64,000 nt of DNA from a virus (IMGVR_UViG_2772190736_000001:1-64000); one strand, 5' to 3'; shown: positions 18,839-28,652, counted from the first letter of the stretch. Notes: generated by a model from the letters alone, not told the origin. Numbers and translations: made by a program.

Positions 18839-19116
18839 GGGGTGGTTCCCCCTTCCTGGGAGCGGGTGAGGCGGGTGTAGGCGGCGTCGACGGTGTCGTT
18901 CGCGTCGGTGAGGACGTCCTTCTCGGCGCGCTGGCGGTCCAGCTGGGCGCGGAGAATGTTCACGTGGTGGGTGTCGCCGGCGCGGATGAGGCGCTCGGTG
19001 ACCGCACGGTGCCGGTCTCGACGTCGGTTCCGGCGTCGGTGGTAGGCGGCCGTGGCGGCGTATCCGGTGACGGCGCCGGCGAGCGCGGCGAGGGTGAGCA
19101 GGACGGGGTGGTCCAC
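18835..19116 (-). CDS. Small membrane-anchored protein
   Basis: Hydrophobic N-terminus then basic patch; AGGAGG RBS. Confidence 0.65.
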   Translation of the reverse strand: MDHPVLLTLAALAGAVTGYAATAAYHRRRNRRRDRHRAVTERLIRAGDTHHVNILRAQLDRQRAEKDVLTDANDTVDAAYTRLTRSQEGGTTP

Positions 19117-19167
19117 GGCGGGTCCTCCTAGAAGGGGTGGGTGGGTCCCGCCGTGGGGTAGCGGGTG

Positions 19168-20922
19168 TTACGCGGCGGCGGCCATGCGCGGCGCCTCGGG
19201 GGCGTACCGGTCGATCTCCTCGCCGGTGATGGCCTCGACGAGCGCGCAGACGAGGATCTCGGAGGCATTCGGCGTGACGGCGTTGCCGTACTGCTTGACG
19301 CGCTCGCGCTTGGAGCCGAGGACGATGTAGTCGTCCGCGAAGCTCATGGCGCGCCCGATCTCGTGCGGCTCCAGCATCCGGAACAGCACGTCGTCGAGGT
19401 TGATGTCGCCCTTCACGAGCGCGCACCGGTCCCGGGTCGACAGGGCGCCCACCGGGTCGGTCACCTGACGGGCGACGCCGGTCCCGTAGTACGGCACGAG
19501 CATGTGCTCCCAGGTGAGGAGCGACTGGTGGCCAGCTGTCGTAAGCGTGCGCAGCGGCTCGTCGACGGAGGTGCAGTGCTCGGCGCCGTTGCCCCTGCTG
19601 CCGTTGTTCCGCATCACCATCGCGGGGAGCGCTGGGGTGACGAGGCCGTGATGGTTTCCGGACGCGGTCACCGTGGCGAGCGCGTCGGTGACCGGGCGGG
19701 CCACCGAGCCTCCGCCGCGGAGCTCGGCGATGAACGGCAGCCACGCGAGGCCGGTCTCGTTCCGCGCGGTCTGCGTTCGCAGCGGTACAAGCGAGGACGC
19801 GGCGTCCTTCCCGTCCCTGCCCTCGACCGGAACCAGGAGCGGCGGGACGGCCAGGCCCTTGGTGAGCGATGCCGTCTGGGTTGTCAGCGGTGCGTCCACG
19901 GGCCACGTCCGGACCCCAGGGCGCCGTTCGAAGGTGTGGCCGGCGGCCTCCAGGGTGATCGGGCGGGAGAACTTCTCCAGGCCGGCCTTGATCCGGGCGA
20001 GGGTCTTGTCGGCGAGCGGCTTGGCCCGGTCACCGATCCGCTGCCCCGGGATGGACCAGTCGATCGCGGCCAGGGCCGGGAGCGCCTCGGGCTCGACGAT
20101 CTGGTTGCGGCACGAGGTGTTCGGGCACCGGTAGACGTACTGCTGCCGGTAGCGGCCCATGTCCCTCGTCGGGTCCTTGAACCGCTGGACCGCCTGCACC
20201 GTCCGATCGCACGTCGAGCACCAGGCCCGCGGGCGCAGCCACTTGTCCCAGTCCGGCGTCCGGCCGAGCGACCGGTGCCAGTACGCCACGTACAGCCGGT
20301 CGCGGGACTGCGGGGCGGCGTGCACGGACCGCGGGTTCGCGTGCATCGAGTTCAGCGCGATGATCCGCGTGAAGTAGCCGAGCTTGTGGATCTCGCCGAT
20401 CCAACGGGGCCAGTCCACCCACTGGCGCACGTCCACGACGTTCTCCACGACACCGGCCTTGACCAGGCTGCCGCGCTCGATGACACCGCGCAGGTAGAGG
20501 GGCACCTCCTCCATCAGCGCGCGGGACTCCTCCTCCGAGGTGGCCTCGCGCGGGTCCTCGTCGTCGCCGACGTGGGCGAACTTCCCGGCCTCCAGCTCGG
20601 CGTACAGCTCCAGCAGGTCGCCCTGCATCGCCTTGTCGAAGTCGCGCTGCTTGCCCTTCGCGATCGACCAGTTCGTGCACTCCGGGGATGCCCAGAAGAT
20701 GTCGGTGACCGGCCACGCCCACACCGGCGCCTGGCGGATGTCGCCGCGGTAGTGGGAGGCGTCGGGGAAGTTCGCCTCGTGGGACTGGATCGCGCGCTCC
20801 CAGTGGTTCGCGGCGCGCTCGACCCGCACACCCGGGACGGAGTGCATGCCCTGCGAGGAGCCGCCGGCACCGCAGAACCAGTCCATGACGGTGAGCGCGG
20901 TGTCGTCGTTGCGGTAGGCCAT
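19168..20922 (-). CDS. DNA (cytosine-5)-methyltransferase
   Basis: DWFCGAGG (I), WASPEC (IV), ENV (VI), PQSRDR (VIII), YGNAV (X). Confidence 0.93.
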   Translation of the reverse strand: MAYRNDDTALTVMDWFCGAGGSSQGMHSVPGVRVERAANHWERAIQSHEANFPDASHYRGDIRQAPVWAWPVTDIFWASPECTNWSIAKGKQRDFDKAMQGDLLELYAELEAGKFAHVGDDEDPREATSEEESRALMEEVPLYLRGVIERGSLVKAGVVENVVDVRQWVDWPRWIGEIHKLGYFTRIIALNSMHANPRSVHAAPQSRDRLYVAYWHRSLGRTPDWDKWLRPRAWCSTCDRTVQAVQRFKDPTRDMGRYRQQYVYRCPNTSCRNQIVEPEALPALAAIDWSIPGQRIGDRAKPLADKTLARIKAGLEKFSRPITLEAAGHTFERRPGVRTWPVDAPLTTQTASLTKGLAVPPLLVPVEGRDGKDAASSLVPLRTQTARNETGLAWLPFIAELRGGGSVARPVTDALATVTASGNHHGLVTPALPAMVMRNNGSRGNGAEHCTSVDEPLRTLTTAGHQSLLTWEHMLVPYYGTGVARQVTDPVGALSTRDRCALVKGDINLDDVLFRMLEPHEIGRAMSFADDYIVLGSKRERVKQYGNAVTPNASEILVCALVEAITGEEIDRYAPEAPRMAAAA

Positions 20923-22169
20923 CAGGCTGTTTCCCTTCCGTCGTTGCGGGCCTCGGCGGCCTGCTTCAGTTCGGCGAACCGCTGGTCGATGAGGGTGCGG
21001 AATGACATCCACGCGCAGCCGGGCGGCGGGCCCTGAACTTCGTGGTCGAGGACCTGGTGTCGCTCCGCATCGCCCTTGATCTGTGACAGGGCGAGCGGAC
21101 TGTTCCAGCAGTTCGGGTCGGCCACCTGCTTCATCAGCCGCTGCACATGGACCGACTTGTCCTTGTCAGCGGAGGTGGCCGCCTTGTCCGGCACTGACAG
21201 GGTGTCCTGCTTCTCCGCAGCGCCCGTCGGCGGTCCGGCGAGTTCGGCGATCCGGGCGGTGAGGAGATCCTCGACCCGGGTCGGGACCTTGTCCGGGCCG
21301 GCGGGGACCTGGTGGTCGGTGAAGTTCTTCTCGCTGGCCTCCGCCAGGTTCGCCCTGCAGAGGTCGGCGCTGTTCCAGCCCGCGCGGACCTTCTTCATGA
21401 AGTCGTCGGCCTTCCGGCGTCCCACGAGCACGAGGATCTGCTCGTCGAGCAGCTCAGCGAAGGGACGCAGGACGCCAGCCTCGTCATGAACGCGCGACTC
21501 GTGGAAGTCCTCCTGGCCGACCATCCCCTTCACGGCGCGGAGCCCTTCGAGGTTGCCCCAGCGCTTGTTCATCAGGCCGTAGAGCTCTTCGAGCCGCTCT
21601 TCGCGGGAGGGCGCGTCACTGAGGGCCTTCGCGTCGGCCTTGGCCTTGGCCGAGTCGCTCTTCGACCACAGCTCGGTGGCGACGCCGAAACGCATGGCAG
21701 CGTTGCGCAGCGCGTCGCCGATCACCTCCTTGACGGCGTTCGGGCCCTTCTTGCCCTGCGCGTCGCCGTACCCGAGCCGGGGGTGGCCCGCCACGGTGAG
21801 ACGGATCCACATGCCGCCGTTGTGGTCGAGCTTGGGCAGCCCGTCGGCGTCGAACGCCAGCGGCTCCCAGGTCCACAGCGGGTCGACTTCCAGGAGGCGG
21901 ATGGTGACGTCGGCGTGCCCGACGTAGTCGAGGTGGATGTGAGCGCTGGTGAGGCTGCCGTTGCAGTCCTCGCACTTCCGGCGCTCGTGCCGTTCGCAGA
22001 CCTTGAACTTGGCGTCGCGGCACGCGCCGCAGGTCACCTTGGGAAGCTTGGAGATCTGCTCGGGGGCGAACGGCTCGCGGAGCTTGGCGAGCGCTTCAGC
22101 CTGGTTCGGGACGTGCTGGGTCGGGCCCTCCGCCGTGATGCTGGCGGGGGCCTCGCTGGCCGTGGCCAT
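20922..22169 (-). CDS. Rad52/Rad22-like single-strand annealing protein with C-terminal extension
   Basis: LDYVGHADVT.RLL.VDP.W.WEP; KEVIGDALRNAAMRFG. Confidence 0.8.
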   Translation of the reverse strand: MATASEAPASITAEGPTQHVPNQAEALAKLREPFAPEQISKLPKVTCGACRDAKFKVCERHERRKCEDCNGSLTSAHIHLDYVGHADVTIRLLEVDPLWTWEPLAFDADGLPKLDHNGGMWIRLTVAGHPRLGYGDAQGKKGPNAVKEVIGDALRNAAMRFGVATELWSKSDSAKAKADAKALSDAPSREERLEELYGLMNKRWGNLEGLRAVKGMVGQEDFHESRVHDEAGVLRPFAELLDEQILVLVGRRKADDFMKKVRAGWNSADLCRANLAEASEKNFTDHQVPAGPDKVPTRVEDLLTARIAELAGPPTGAAEKQDTLSVPDKAATSADKDKSVHVQRLMKQVADPNCWNSPLALSQIKGDAERHQVLDHEVQGPPPGCAWMSFRTLIDQRFAELKQAAEARNDGRETA

Positions 22170-22252
22170 GAGGTCTCCTGTGTGGTTGTGGTCGTACTAC
22201 GCGGCTCGGGGCCCGGTTGTCGGCGTCCAGGCCCGCGGCTGCGTCAGGCCGG

Positions 22253-22819
22253 TCAGGCCTCGGCGAGCTTCTCGGCCGGCGCGATGTCGTACTTCTCGAT
22301 CAGCCAGGCCTTCGCGATGTGACTGAGGGCCGGCTTGTAGCCGAGCTCGTTCTCACGCTGTTCGGCGGCGGCCTGGAAGCGGGCCTTGAGGTCGGCGTCG
22401 ACGCGGACGTTGAGGTTGCCGGTCTCCAGACCGGTGTTCCGACGGGCGCGGTGAGCGTTCGCGGCCGGGGAGAACGTGCCGGCGATGAACGCCTCCAGGC
22501 CTTCGGCGACGTCTGCGGGCACGGTGCTGGACGCCTTCTGGATCGCGGCGCGGGTGACCAGCGGCATGTGGATCGGCACGTTGGGTGCGGCGGTCCCGGC
22601 CTCGGTGGCGTTGCGCAGGCGGCCCCAGCCGCCGGGGGCGAGGACCTCGTCGACGGCGGCGGCCAGTTCGGGGGCGCCGACTTCGGTGAGGCGGCTGGAG
22701 GCGGCGCGCAGGTCGGCGAGGAGGGTGTCCTTCTTGGAGGGCACGGTTCGGGGTCCCTTCGGGGGCCGCCCGATGCTCCGGCGTGGGGCCGCCGGCGGGC
22801 GGGTTCGGTTGATGGCCAT
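22253..22819 (-). CDS. Putative tandem ribbon-helix-helix regulator (candidate repressor)
   Basis: NVPIHMP..TRAAIQK and NLNVRVDADLKARF...LSHIAKAWL; operator beside its RBS. Confidence 0.6.
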   Translation of the reverse strand: MAINRTRPPAAPRRSIGRPPKGPRTVPSKKDTLLADLRAASSRLTEVGAPELAAAVDEVLAPGGWGRLRNATEAGTAAPNVPIHMPLVTRAAIQKASSTVPADVAEGLEAFIAGTFSPAANAHRARRNTGLETGNLNVRVDADLKARFQAAAEQRENELGYKPALSHIAKAWLIEKYDIAPAEKLAEA

Positions 22820-22835
22820 GCCAGTCTCCTTCTTT

Positions 22836-22857
22836 TCCTATTGCGCTCGCAATAGGA
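22836..22857. promoter_or_regulatory. Palindromic operator (copy 3)
   Basis: TCCTATTGCG-ct-CGCAATAGGA. Confidence 0.72.
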
Positions 22858-22901
22858 CATGAGGGTCTCTGCCGGGCGGCAGGTGCTGCTCGACATGGAG
22901 A

Positions 22902-22947
22902 ACACTACCCATAACCCATTGCGCACGCAATGGGTTATGGGTAGTGT
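22902..22947. promoter_or_regulatory. 46-bp palindrome forming a symmetric bidirectional promoter/operator (copy 4)
   Basis: Perfect 22-bp arms; TTGCGY-17bp-TAGTGT on both strands. Confidence 0.8.
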
Positions 22948-22976
22948 GAAGACACACCACAACGACGGGGGCACCG

Positions 22977-23369
22977 ATGAAGCACACCAACCGCCAGACC
23001 ACCCACCGCACCCTCGCCGATCTCTACCGCGCCATCGACCGCCAGCACGCCGTCACCATCACCTACCTCAAGCCCGGCGAGACCGAGCCCACCATCCGCA
23101 CCATCGAGCCGTTCGACATCCGCACCACCAAAAACGGCCGCATCGAGATCTACGCGATGTGCCGCCTGCGCGGCGACGCCCGCAAGTTCACCCTCGACGG
23201 TGTCCTCTCCTACACGCTCCACCGGATCGCCTTCGTCCTGGAGCGCGAGGAGCCCACCACCGTTGCCGGGCACGTCGTTCCCGCCCGGTCCGTCGCACAG
23301 TTCGTCGCCCGCGAGCTCGGCCGCGACGACTTCCCCCGCTACCGACGCCACTTCCAGACCGCCGCCTGA
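22977..23369 (+). CDS. Stand-alone WYL-domain protein
   Basis: AI.....VTITY......T.RTIEPFDI......IYAMCRLRGDARKFTLD. Confidence 0.82.
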   Translation: MKHTNRQTTHRTLADLYRAIDRQHAVTITYLKPGETEPTIRTIEPFDIRTTKNGRIEIYAMCRLRGDARKFTLDGVLSYTLHRIAFVLEREEPTTVAGHVVPARSVAQFVARELGRDDFPRYRRHFQTAA

Positions 23370-23382
23370 CCCCGGCAACGAC

Positions 23383-23417
23383 GAAGGCCACCACCCCGAA
23401 CCAGGGTGGTGGCCTTC
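23383..23417. terminator. Probable bidirectional terminator between convergent genes
   Basis: GAAGGCCACCACCC...GGGTGGTGGCCTTC 14-bp stem. Confidence 0.75.
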
Positions 23418-23470
23418 AAAGTTCACACGCATTGCGCACGCGCAGCGTAGCCCAGGTGCTCGCCAGAGCG

Positions 23471-24634
23471 CTACAGCGCCAACGGTTCGGCCTCGACCGC
23501 GCGCCGCAGCTGCTCCATCCGCGTCGGCAACGGCGACCACCCATACCGGCCGGCCATCACCATGTTCAGGGCGGTCACCCCCTTGGTGTACGCCATCAGC
23601 AGCCCCTGCGGGCGCAGCGTGATCCCCGGCGGGCCCGCCTTCGACGCGCGCAACGTCACCCACAGCGCCGACCGGCCGCCCTCCAACGGCAGCGCCTCCA
23701 CCACCTGCTCACGGACCGCCAGCCACTGTCGCACCGCGACCTGCGTACCCTCCCGCAGCGCGTACCACTCCACCTCCGGCAGCGGCTCCAGCTCGGCCAT
23801 CGCCGCCAGCACCCGCTGCCGCGTCGCCTCCGACCGCTGCTCCAGCCGGCCCGCCCGAATCACCCGGACCGCCGACGGATGAACCTGCGCGAGCGCGGCG
23901 ATCTCCTCCTCCCGGGACGGCGACGCGCGCTGCGGTCGCCGTCGTACCCCCACCGCCGCCACGCCGTCCGCGAGGTCGTCCAGGCGCAGCGCGGCCAGCT
24001 CACCCGACCGGGCCCCGCAGTCCAGGACGATCCCGACCATCGCCAGCACCCGGGCCCGCTCGGCCTCCGACATGCCCAGGCCGACCCGGTCCGCCGGTAC
24101 GGCCGCAGCCATGTCCGCCAGCCCCCGGTACAACGCCGCCCGGTCCCGCGCCGGGACCATCGCCTTCAGCTCCGGCTGCTCGACCACCGGCAACAGCACG
24201 TCCCGGTCGGGCACCACCAGCTCAGCCAGGATCCCCAGCACGTCCCGCACGATCCGCAGTGACGCCACCGGCAACGGCCGGCCCACATCCTGCGGCCGGA
24301 ACCGCAACTCCCCGGCCGCTGCCAGAGCCCAGAACGCGTGCAACGCAGGCCTCGTGAACAGCTGCGGCGCCGCCCTGCGAGCCCGGTCCGGGATTTCCTC
24401 TCGGTCGACGGCCCGGTCCCACATCCCCACGACCATCCACAGCTGGTCGGCCCGCTGCCGCGATACCTGCAGCAGTACGCCGCCCACGGACGGTACCGGC
24501 TCGCGCGCCTCCCACCGTTCCCGGTCCCTCGGGGCGACGCGCTCCACGACCGCGGCCAGCTGTCGCACCGAGACTGCGGCGTACCGAATGCCGGTCACCG
24601 GGACCGTACCCTTTCCAGCAACAGCTCCCGTCAC
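23471..24634 (-). CDS. Degenerate tyrosine-recombinase-like protein
   Basis: DCGARSGELAALRLDD box I present; HxxR replaced by EQLRR; ends before the His/Tyr box. Confidence 0.65.
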   Translation of the reverse strand: MTGAVAGKGTVPVTGIRYAAVSVRQLAAVVERVAPRDRERWEAREPVPSVGGVLLQVSRQRADQLWMVVGMWDRAVDREEIPDRARRAAPQLFTRPALHAFWALAAAGELRFRPQDVGRPLPVASLRIVRDVLGILAELVVPDRDVLLPVVEQPELKAMVPARDRAALYRGLADMAAAVPADRVGLGMSEAERARVLAMVGIVLDCGARSGELAALRLDDLADGVAAVGVRRRPQRASPSREEEIAALAQVHPSAVRVIRAGRLEQRSEATRQRVLAAMAELEPLPEVEWYALREGTQVAVRQWLAVREQVVEALPLEGGRSALWVTLRASKAGPPGITLRPQGLLMAYTKGVTALNMVMAGRYGWSPLPTRMEQLRRAVEAEPLAL

Positions 24635-25671
24635 AGTCCGATTCCGATCAAGGCATTGTCCTTCTCATCCCACCGGTCGACGATCTGCATGTACCCGTGC
24701 AGGACCTTGCTGTTCGGCTTGTGCCCCGTGACTTGGGCGATTGCCTTCGGGTCCTTCTTCGCCCGACGTGCCTCGGTTGCCATTCCGGACCGTACCGAGT
24801 GCCCGGTGAACAGCACGGGGATCCGGGCCCGCGCGCCGGCGGCGGTGATGATGTCGCCGACGCGCCCGGGGGTGATGCCCTTGGGCTGCACAGCGCCGCT
24901 GGCGTGGATGGCGCGGAACGCGTGCCGGTCGAGGTCGGTCAGCTGCGCGCGTTCGACCCACGCCTTCCACGCGCGCACCGGGCAGGTGGAGGGGCTCTGC
25001 CCGTAGGGCACCGGGACGGTCCTCGGGTCGGTCTTGGACACCATCACGTGCACCAGCAGCCCGTTGCCGTCCGGGTCCTCGACGACGTTCCGCAGCCGCA
25101 GGCCGGCCAGCTCGGCGCGGCGCGCGGCGATGGCGAACCCGAGCAGCAGCATGGCTCGGTCCCGTACGCCGAAGATGTCGTCGGAGCACTTCTCCACGAT
25201 CTGCCGCAACGCGTCGACCCGCATGGCCGGCGCCTTCCCACGGCCACGTGCGGGCTCCTCGTTCTCCTCCGCCTGGCGCCGGTAATCCTTCAGCAGCTCG
25301 CGGGCGGCCTTCGTTGCCTCGGGGTCAACGACGACGCCGTACTCCTGCCGCAGGGTGACCGTGACGCCGGCCAGCTTGCGGTCGATGGTGGCGTAGGCCC
25401 GCCTCTCCCGGTTCCAGAGGTAGTCGACGAAGGCGCGCAGGGTGCCGCGGGTGGCGGCGGTGGGCGGGATCTGGAGCTGGGCGCAGAACTTAGTCCAGGT
25501 CTTCCAGTCGGCCCGGTAGGCGAGGACGGTGTTCTCAGGGCGCTGCTCGGCGGCGTGGCCGTCGGAGGCCGCATCGAGGGCTGCGAGGCGCGCTCGCAGC
25601 TGGTCGTCGTACTCGGCCGGAAGCAGCGCCCGCCCCGAAGTGGGTGCGGGAGTCGGCAGGTTGCTGTCCAC
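24631..25671 (-). CDS. Tyrosine recombinase (Cre-like resolvase/integrase)
   Basis: RDRAMLLLGF..AARRAEL, SKTD, GHSVRSG, TGH...GY. Confidence 0.92.
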   Translation of the reverse strand: MDSNLPTPAPTSGRALLPAEYDDQLRARLAALDAASDGHAAEQRPENTVLAYRADWKTWTKFCAQLQIPPTAATRGTLRAFVDYLWNRERRAYATIDRKLAGVTVTLRQEYGVVVDPEATKAARELLKDYRRQAEENEEPARGRGKAPAMRVDALRQIVEKCSDDIFGVRDRAMLLLGFAIAARRAELAGLRLRNVVEDPDGNGLLVHVMVSKTDPRTVPVPYGQSPSTCPVRAWKAWVERAQLTDLDRHAFRAIHASGAVQPKGITPGRVGDIITAAGARARIPVLFTGHSVRSGMATEARRAKKDPKAIAQVTGHKPNSKVLHGYMQIVDRWDEKDNALIGIGL

Positions 25672-25677
25672 CGCGGG

Positions 25678-25917
25678 CTAGTTGTAGTGCGGGTTCGACA
25701 TGACGATCGCACCCTCCACGACGAAGCACGGCCAGGGGCCGCCGTCGCAGCCGGTGCATGTCGGTTCCGTCCGGTTGTTCGGTGCGTGCTCGACGAGGTC
25801 CTTCTCCGCGATGTGCCTGGCGGCTCGTTCGTCGGCGCTCATCCCCTTGTAGGTCTGGCGCGCGCGGAACAGTGCGTCGTCGTACTTGCCGAGGTCCTGC
25901 TGCAGTTTCTGGTTCAC
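25678..25917 (-). CDS. Hypothetical protein
   Basis: H.P......CTGC...WPC motif. Confidence 0.55.
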   Translation of the reverse strand: MNQKLQQDLGKYDDALFRARQTYKGMSADERAARHIAEKDLVEHAPNNRTEPTCTGCDGGPWPCFVVEGAIVMSNPHYN

Positions 25918-26033
25918 GATATGTGAGCTTATCGCGCATCAACCGCCACATGATTCCCCGGACGCCGTTCCAGGGAACACGAAAAGGAGAAGCCGTTGAG
26001 TGATCAACGACTTCTCCAGGAGCGATCCTAAGC

Positions 26034-26686
26034 TCAGCTCTCCGTCTCCTTGTTGCGCAGTTCGCGCCGAGTCGACTCTCTCGCAGAGCCCGCATCTCTG
26101 CCGGTCCCTGGTAGACCTCCTGCAGGATGGAGTCCATGAACTTCACGATGGCCTCCGCGTCCTCAGCGGGCATCGGCTCATCTGCCAGATCCCCATGAGC
26201 GATCTCATTTCCCCCATGACGGATCTCGTGGGCAACCTCCCTGGTGATCTCTCGGATGAGGCCCTGCCTGTGCATTTCATCGATCTTTGCGACGAGGTTC
26301 CCCTGAGTAATCCCCTGGTTCTTGGCTGTCGCCTCCACCACAGCACGCGCCAGAGCAACAGCGCCGCGGTAAGCCTGAATTGAGAGGCTGGCGTGTGCTT
26401 CCGTGGCAGCCGCCGCGATCTCTTCAGGCACGTGTGGAAAGTCAGGGCGCCGGACGTGCGCGGGTTCCCAGATGATCGTGGGATCCGTGAGCATGTTGGT
26501 CGAGGGGTTGCTGTATTGAGTAGTCCGTCTCACCAGACCGATGGACAGACGCTGGCATAGTTCGTTGCTGCACTTGAACGCCGTCATGTACAGCATGAAC
26601 GGGGGGTCATCGGGAAGCCTGTACGGCTCCGTCGCCTTGGCCATATGGGTGCGATCACCGCACCATCCACAGATCGTGCTTGCCAC
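26034..26686 (-). CDS. DUF4145/HEPN-like domain protein with N-terminal zinc ribbon; 3' end uncertain (frame reads on to 25535)
   Basis: EA..S.....YRGAVALARAVVE, L..KID, IRHGGNEIAH. Confidence 0.7.
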
Positions 26687-26859
26687 GCTGCCTCCTGAGC
26701 TGTACAGAGCACGCCGCCGTACGGTGGTCTGCTACGTGTCCGATGTTCCGACGGTAGCGACAACCACCGACAACTGCGGGGCAGCCCCGAGGGAAGCTTG
26801 ACCAACTTATTTAGTGTGAGAACTCGTAGGACAAGGCCATCCGGAACGGCCCGCAGGAT

Positions 26860-27579
26860 CTACTCGATGGTGTCGTCGGCGATGACGCCCACGGCCGCGA
26901 GCGCGGTGAGCAGGTTGGCGAGCGCGGTGCCGTCGGATCGAGAGCCGGTGACGGTCTGCGTGGAGGCGGGGGCTGCGCCTTCGAGAGCCACGATCCGTGC
27001 GAGCAGGTCGTTCCCCTGGGCGAGGGGGTAGAACTGGTCGCTGGCCCAGGAGCGATCTCCGTGCGGGTCGGTGGCCGCAGCGTGGTCGGCGATCTTTTCG
27101 AGCGTCCCGGCCGGGGTCTCGGCATCGGTCGCTGGAGGTCCCTGCGGCCCTTGTGGCCCGGACGGGCCCTGCTCACCGCGGGGACCGGGGACGGTGACGT
27201 AGAAGGCGCGGGAGGGAGCGACCTGGTCGACGTCGCCGAGGTCGACCTCGGTCTGGGTGGTGGACAGGGAGATGCAGAACCGGCGGGGGCCGGCGCCGAC
27301 GAGGTTGACGGTGACCTGCCACACCCACTCGGCCGGGTTCGCTCCGGGGATGTCGCAGGGCAGGAGGGGGACGCCCAGGGTGCCGTCGGTGTCGATGAGC
27401 CGGCCCTGCTCGTCGAGGGTGTAGACGCCGCGTCCGGAGAAGACGATCCCACGGTCGGGCAGGACGATGGCGGGGGCGACGGGGGTGAACTCGACGGTGC
27501 CCTGGGCGGGCTGGCCGCCGGCCGGATTGGCGGCGGTGTAGGTGACGAGGACGGTCGGTACCCCGGGAGGGAACGGCAC
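26860..27579 (-). CDS. Virion-associated protein with short collagen-like segment
   Basis: G.V.FTP...LD..G beta domain; GPRGEQGPSGPQGPQGP; H....DPHGD motif. Confidence 0.7.
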   Translation of the reverse strand: MPFPPGVPTVLVTYTAANPAGGQPAQGTVEFTPVAPAIVLPDRGIVFSGRGVYTLDEQGRLIDTDGTLGVPLLPCDIPGANPAEWVWQVTVNLVGAGPRRFCISLSTTQTEVDLGDVDQVAPSRAFYVTVPGPRGEQGPSGPQGPQGPPATDAETPAGTLEKIADHAAATDPHGDRSWASDQFYPLAQGNDLLARIVALEGAAPASTQTVTGSRSDGTALANLLTALAAVGVIADDTIE

Positions 27580-27591
27580 GGCGGGCTCCTG

Positions 27592-28335
27592 TCAGTAGCG
27601 GCGACGGTCGGGGGCGAGCGCGGCGAGAGCCTTGATCGCGGTGCGGTTCTGCTGGCCGGGAGTGGACGGGGCGGGGACCGCCGAGGGGGCGCAGGTGTAG
27701 CGGGGCGCGGTGGGGTCGAATCCCGTGGCGGGGGTGCAGGTGTAGGTGACGCCCTGGGGGTCGGTGTACGTCCATCCGGCGGGCGGGCGGCCGTCGGTGC
27801 CGTCTCGGCCGGGCGGTCCGTCCTGTCCGTCGGCTCCGTCTTGGCCCGGGGCGCCGTCCTGACCGTCGACCCCGTCGACCCCGTCGAGGCCGTTGATGCC
27901 GTCGGCTCCGTCTTGTCCTGGTGGGCCGCTGGCGCCGGGCGGCCCGGGCGGGCCGCTCTGGCCGGGCGACGGAGACGAGGCGGCTTGCCCGGGGTCTCCC
28001 TTGTCGCCCTTCTCTCCCTTGTCGCCCTTCGGGCCGGGGATCGGCACGGGGACGGCCGCGCGGTCGGGGAGGTTGTCGACGGCGGCCGTCGGATCGGGGG
28101 CGACTGGGGTCTTGCCGTCCGACGTGAGCTGGGTGCGGAGCTTGCGGACGTCGGTGGCGAGTGTGGTGACGGCGTTTCCGCGCAGGTCTGCCTCGGCCGC
28201 GAGCTCTTCGGCCCGCCGGTCGGCGCTGTCGATGCGGGCCCAGAGGATGGCGGCGATCCCGAAGAGGGCGACGAGGGCGCACGCGGTGGCGAGGCCGCGC
28301 CAGCGGGCGGCCAGGAACCGCTCGGTGCGGCTCAT
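27592..28335 (-). CDS. Membrane-anchored collagen-like protein (post-lysis cassette)
   Basis: TM helix, coiled coil, G-X-Y repeats, C-terminal YTC..YTC. Confidence 0.75.
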   Translation of the reverse strand: MSRTERFLAARWRGLATACALVALFGIAAILWARIDSADRRAEELAAEADLRGNAVTTLATDVRKLRTQLTSDGKTPVAPDPTAAVDNLPDRAAVPVPIPGPKGDKGEKGDKGDPGQAASSPSPGQSGPPGPPGASGPPGQDGADGINGLDGVDGVDGQDGAPGQDGADGQDGPPGRDGTDGRPPAGWTYTDPQGVTYTCTPATGFDPTAPRYTCAPSAVPAPSTPGQQNRTAIKALAALAPDRRRY

Positions 28336-28652
28336 CCGGGATCTCCTCCGAGGTGGGTGATGATCAGGCGTAGGCGGGAGTTCTCCGCCCTCGCGGCGGC
28401 CACGGCGGCGGTGGCCTCGGCCAGTGCGACGTCCTTCGCGACGAGCTGGCTGCGCAGGTCGACGTTCTCCTCCTTGAGGGCTGTCCGCTCCTCCTTGAGG
28501 TTCGTCCGTTCTTCCTGCAGCTCGTCCGTCAGCGTGCTCAAGCTGCTGAGGTTCAGCTCCCCGCGCTTGCCCACGTAAGCCACCACGGCGGTCGCCAGCA
28601 CGCCAGCGAAGGCGACGAGCGCCCCCGCCAGCGTGACGGTGGTCGGGTCCAT
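28332..28652 (-). CDS. Membrane protein with coiled coil (lysis-associated)
   Basis: N-terminal TM helix then heptad pattern. Confidence 0.7.
   Translation of the reverse strand: MDPTTVTLAGALVAFAGVLATAVVAYVGKRGELNLSSLSTLTDELQEERTNLKEERTALKEENVDLRSQLVAKDVALAEATAAVAAARAENSRLRLIITHLGGDPG

Noticed and set aside
19168-20922. Methyltransferase as part of a restriction-modification system
   Set aside because: No cognate endonuclease is adjacent; orphan C5 methylases are common in actinophages.
27780-28035. 9-bp periodic repeats
   Set aside because: Collagen-like G-X-Y coding repeats.
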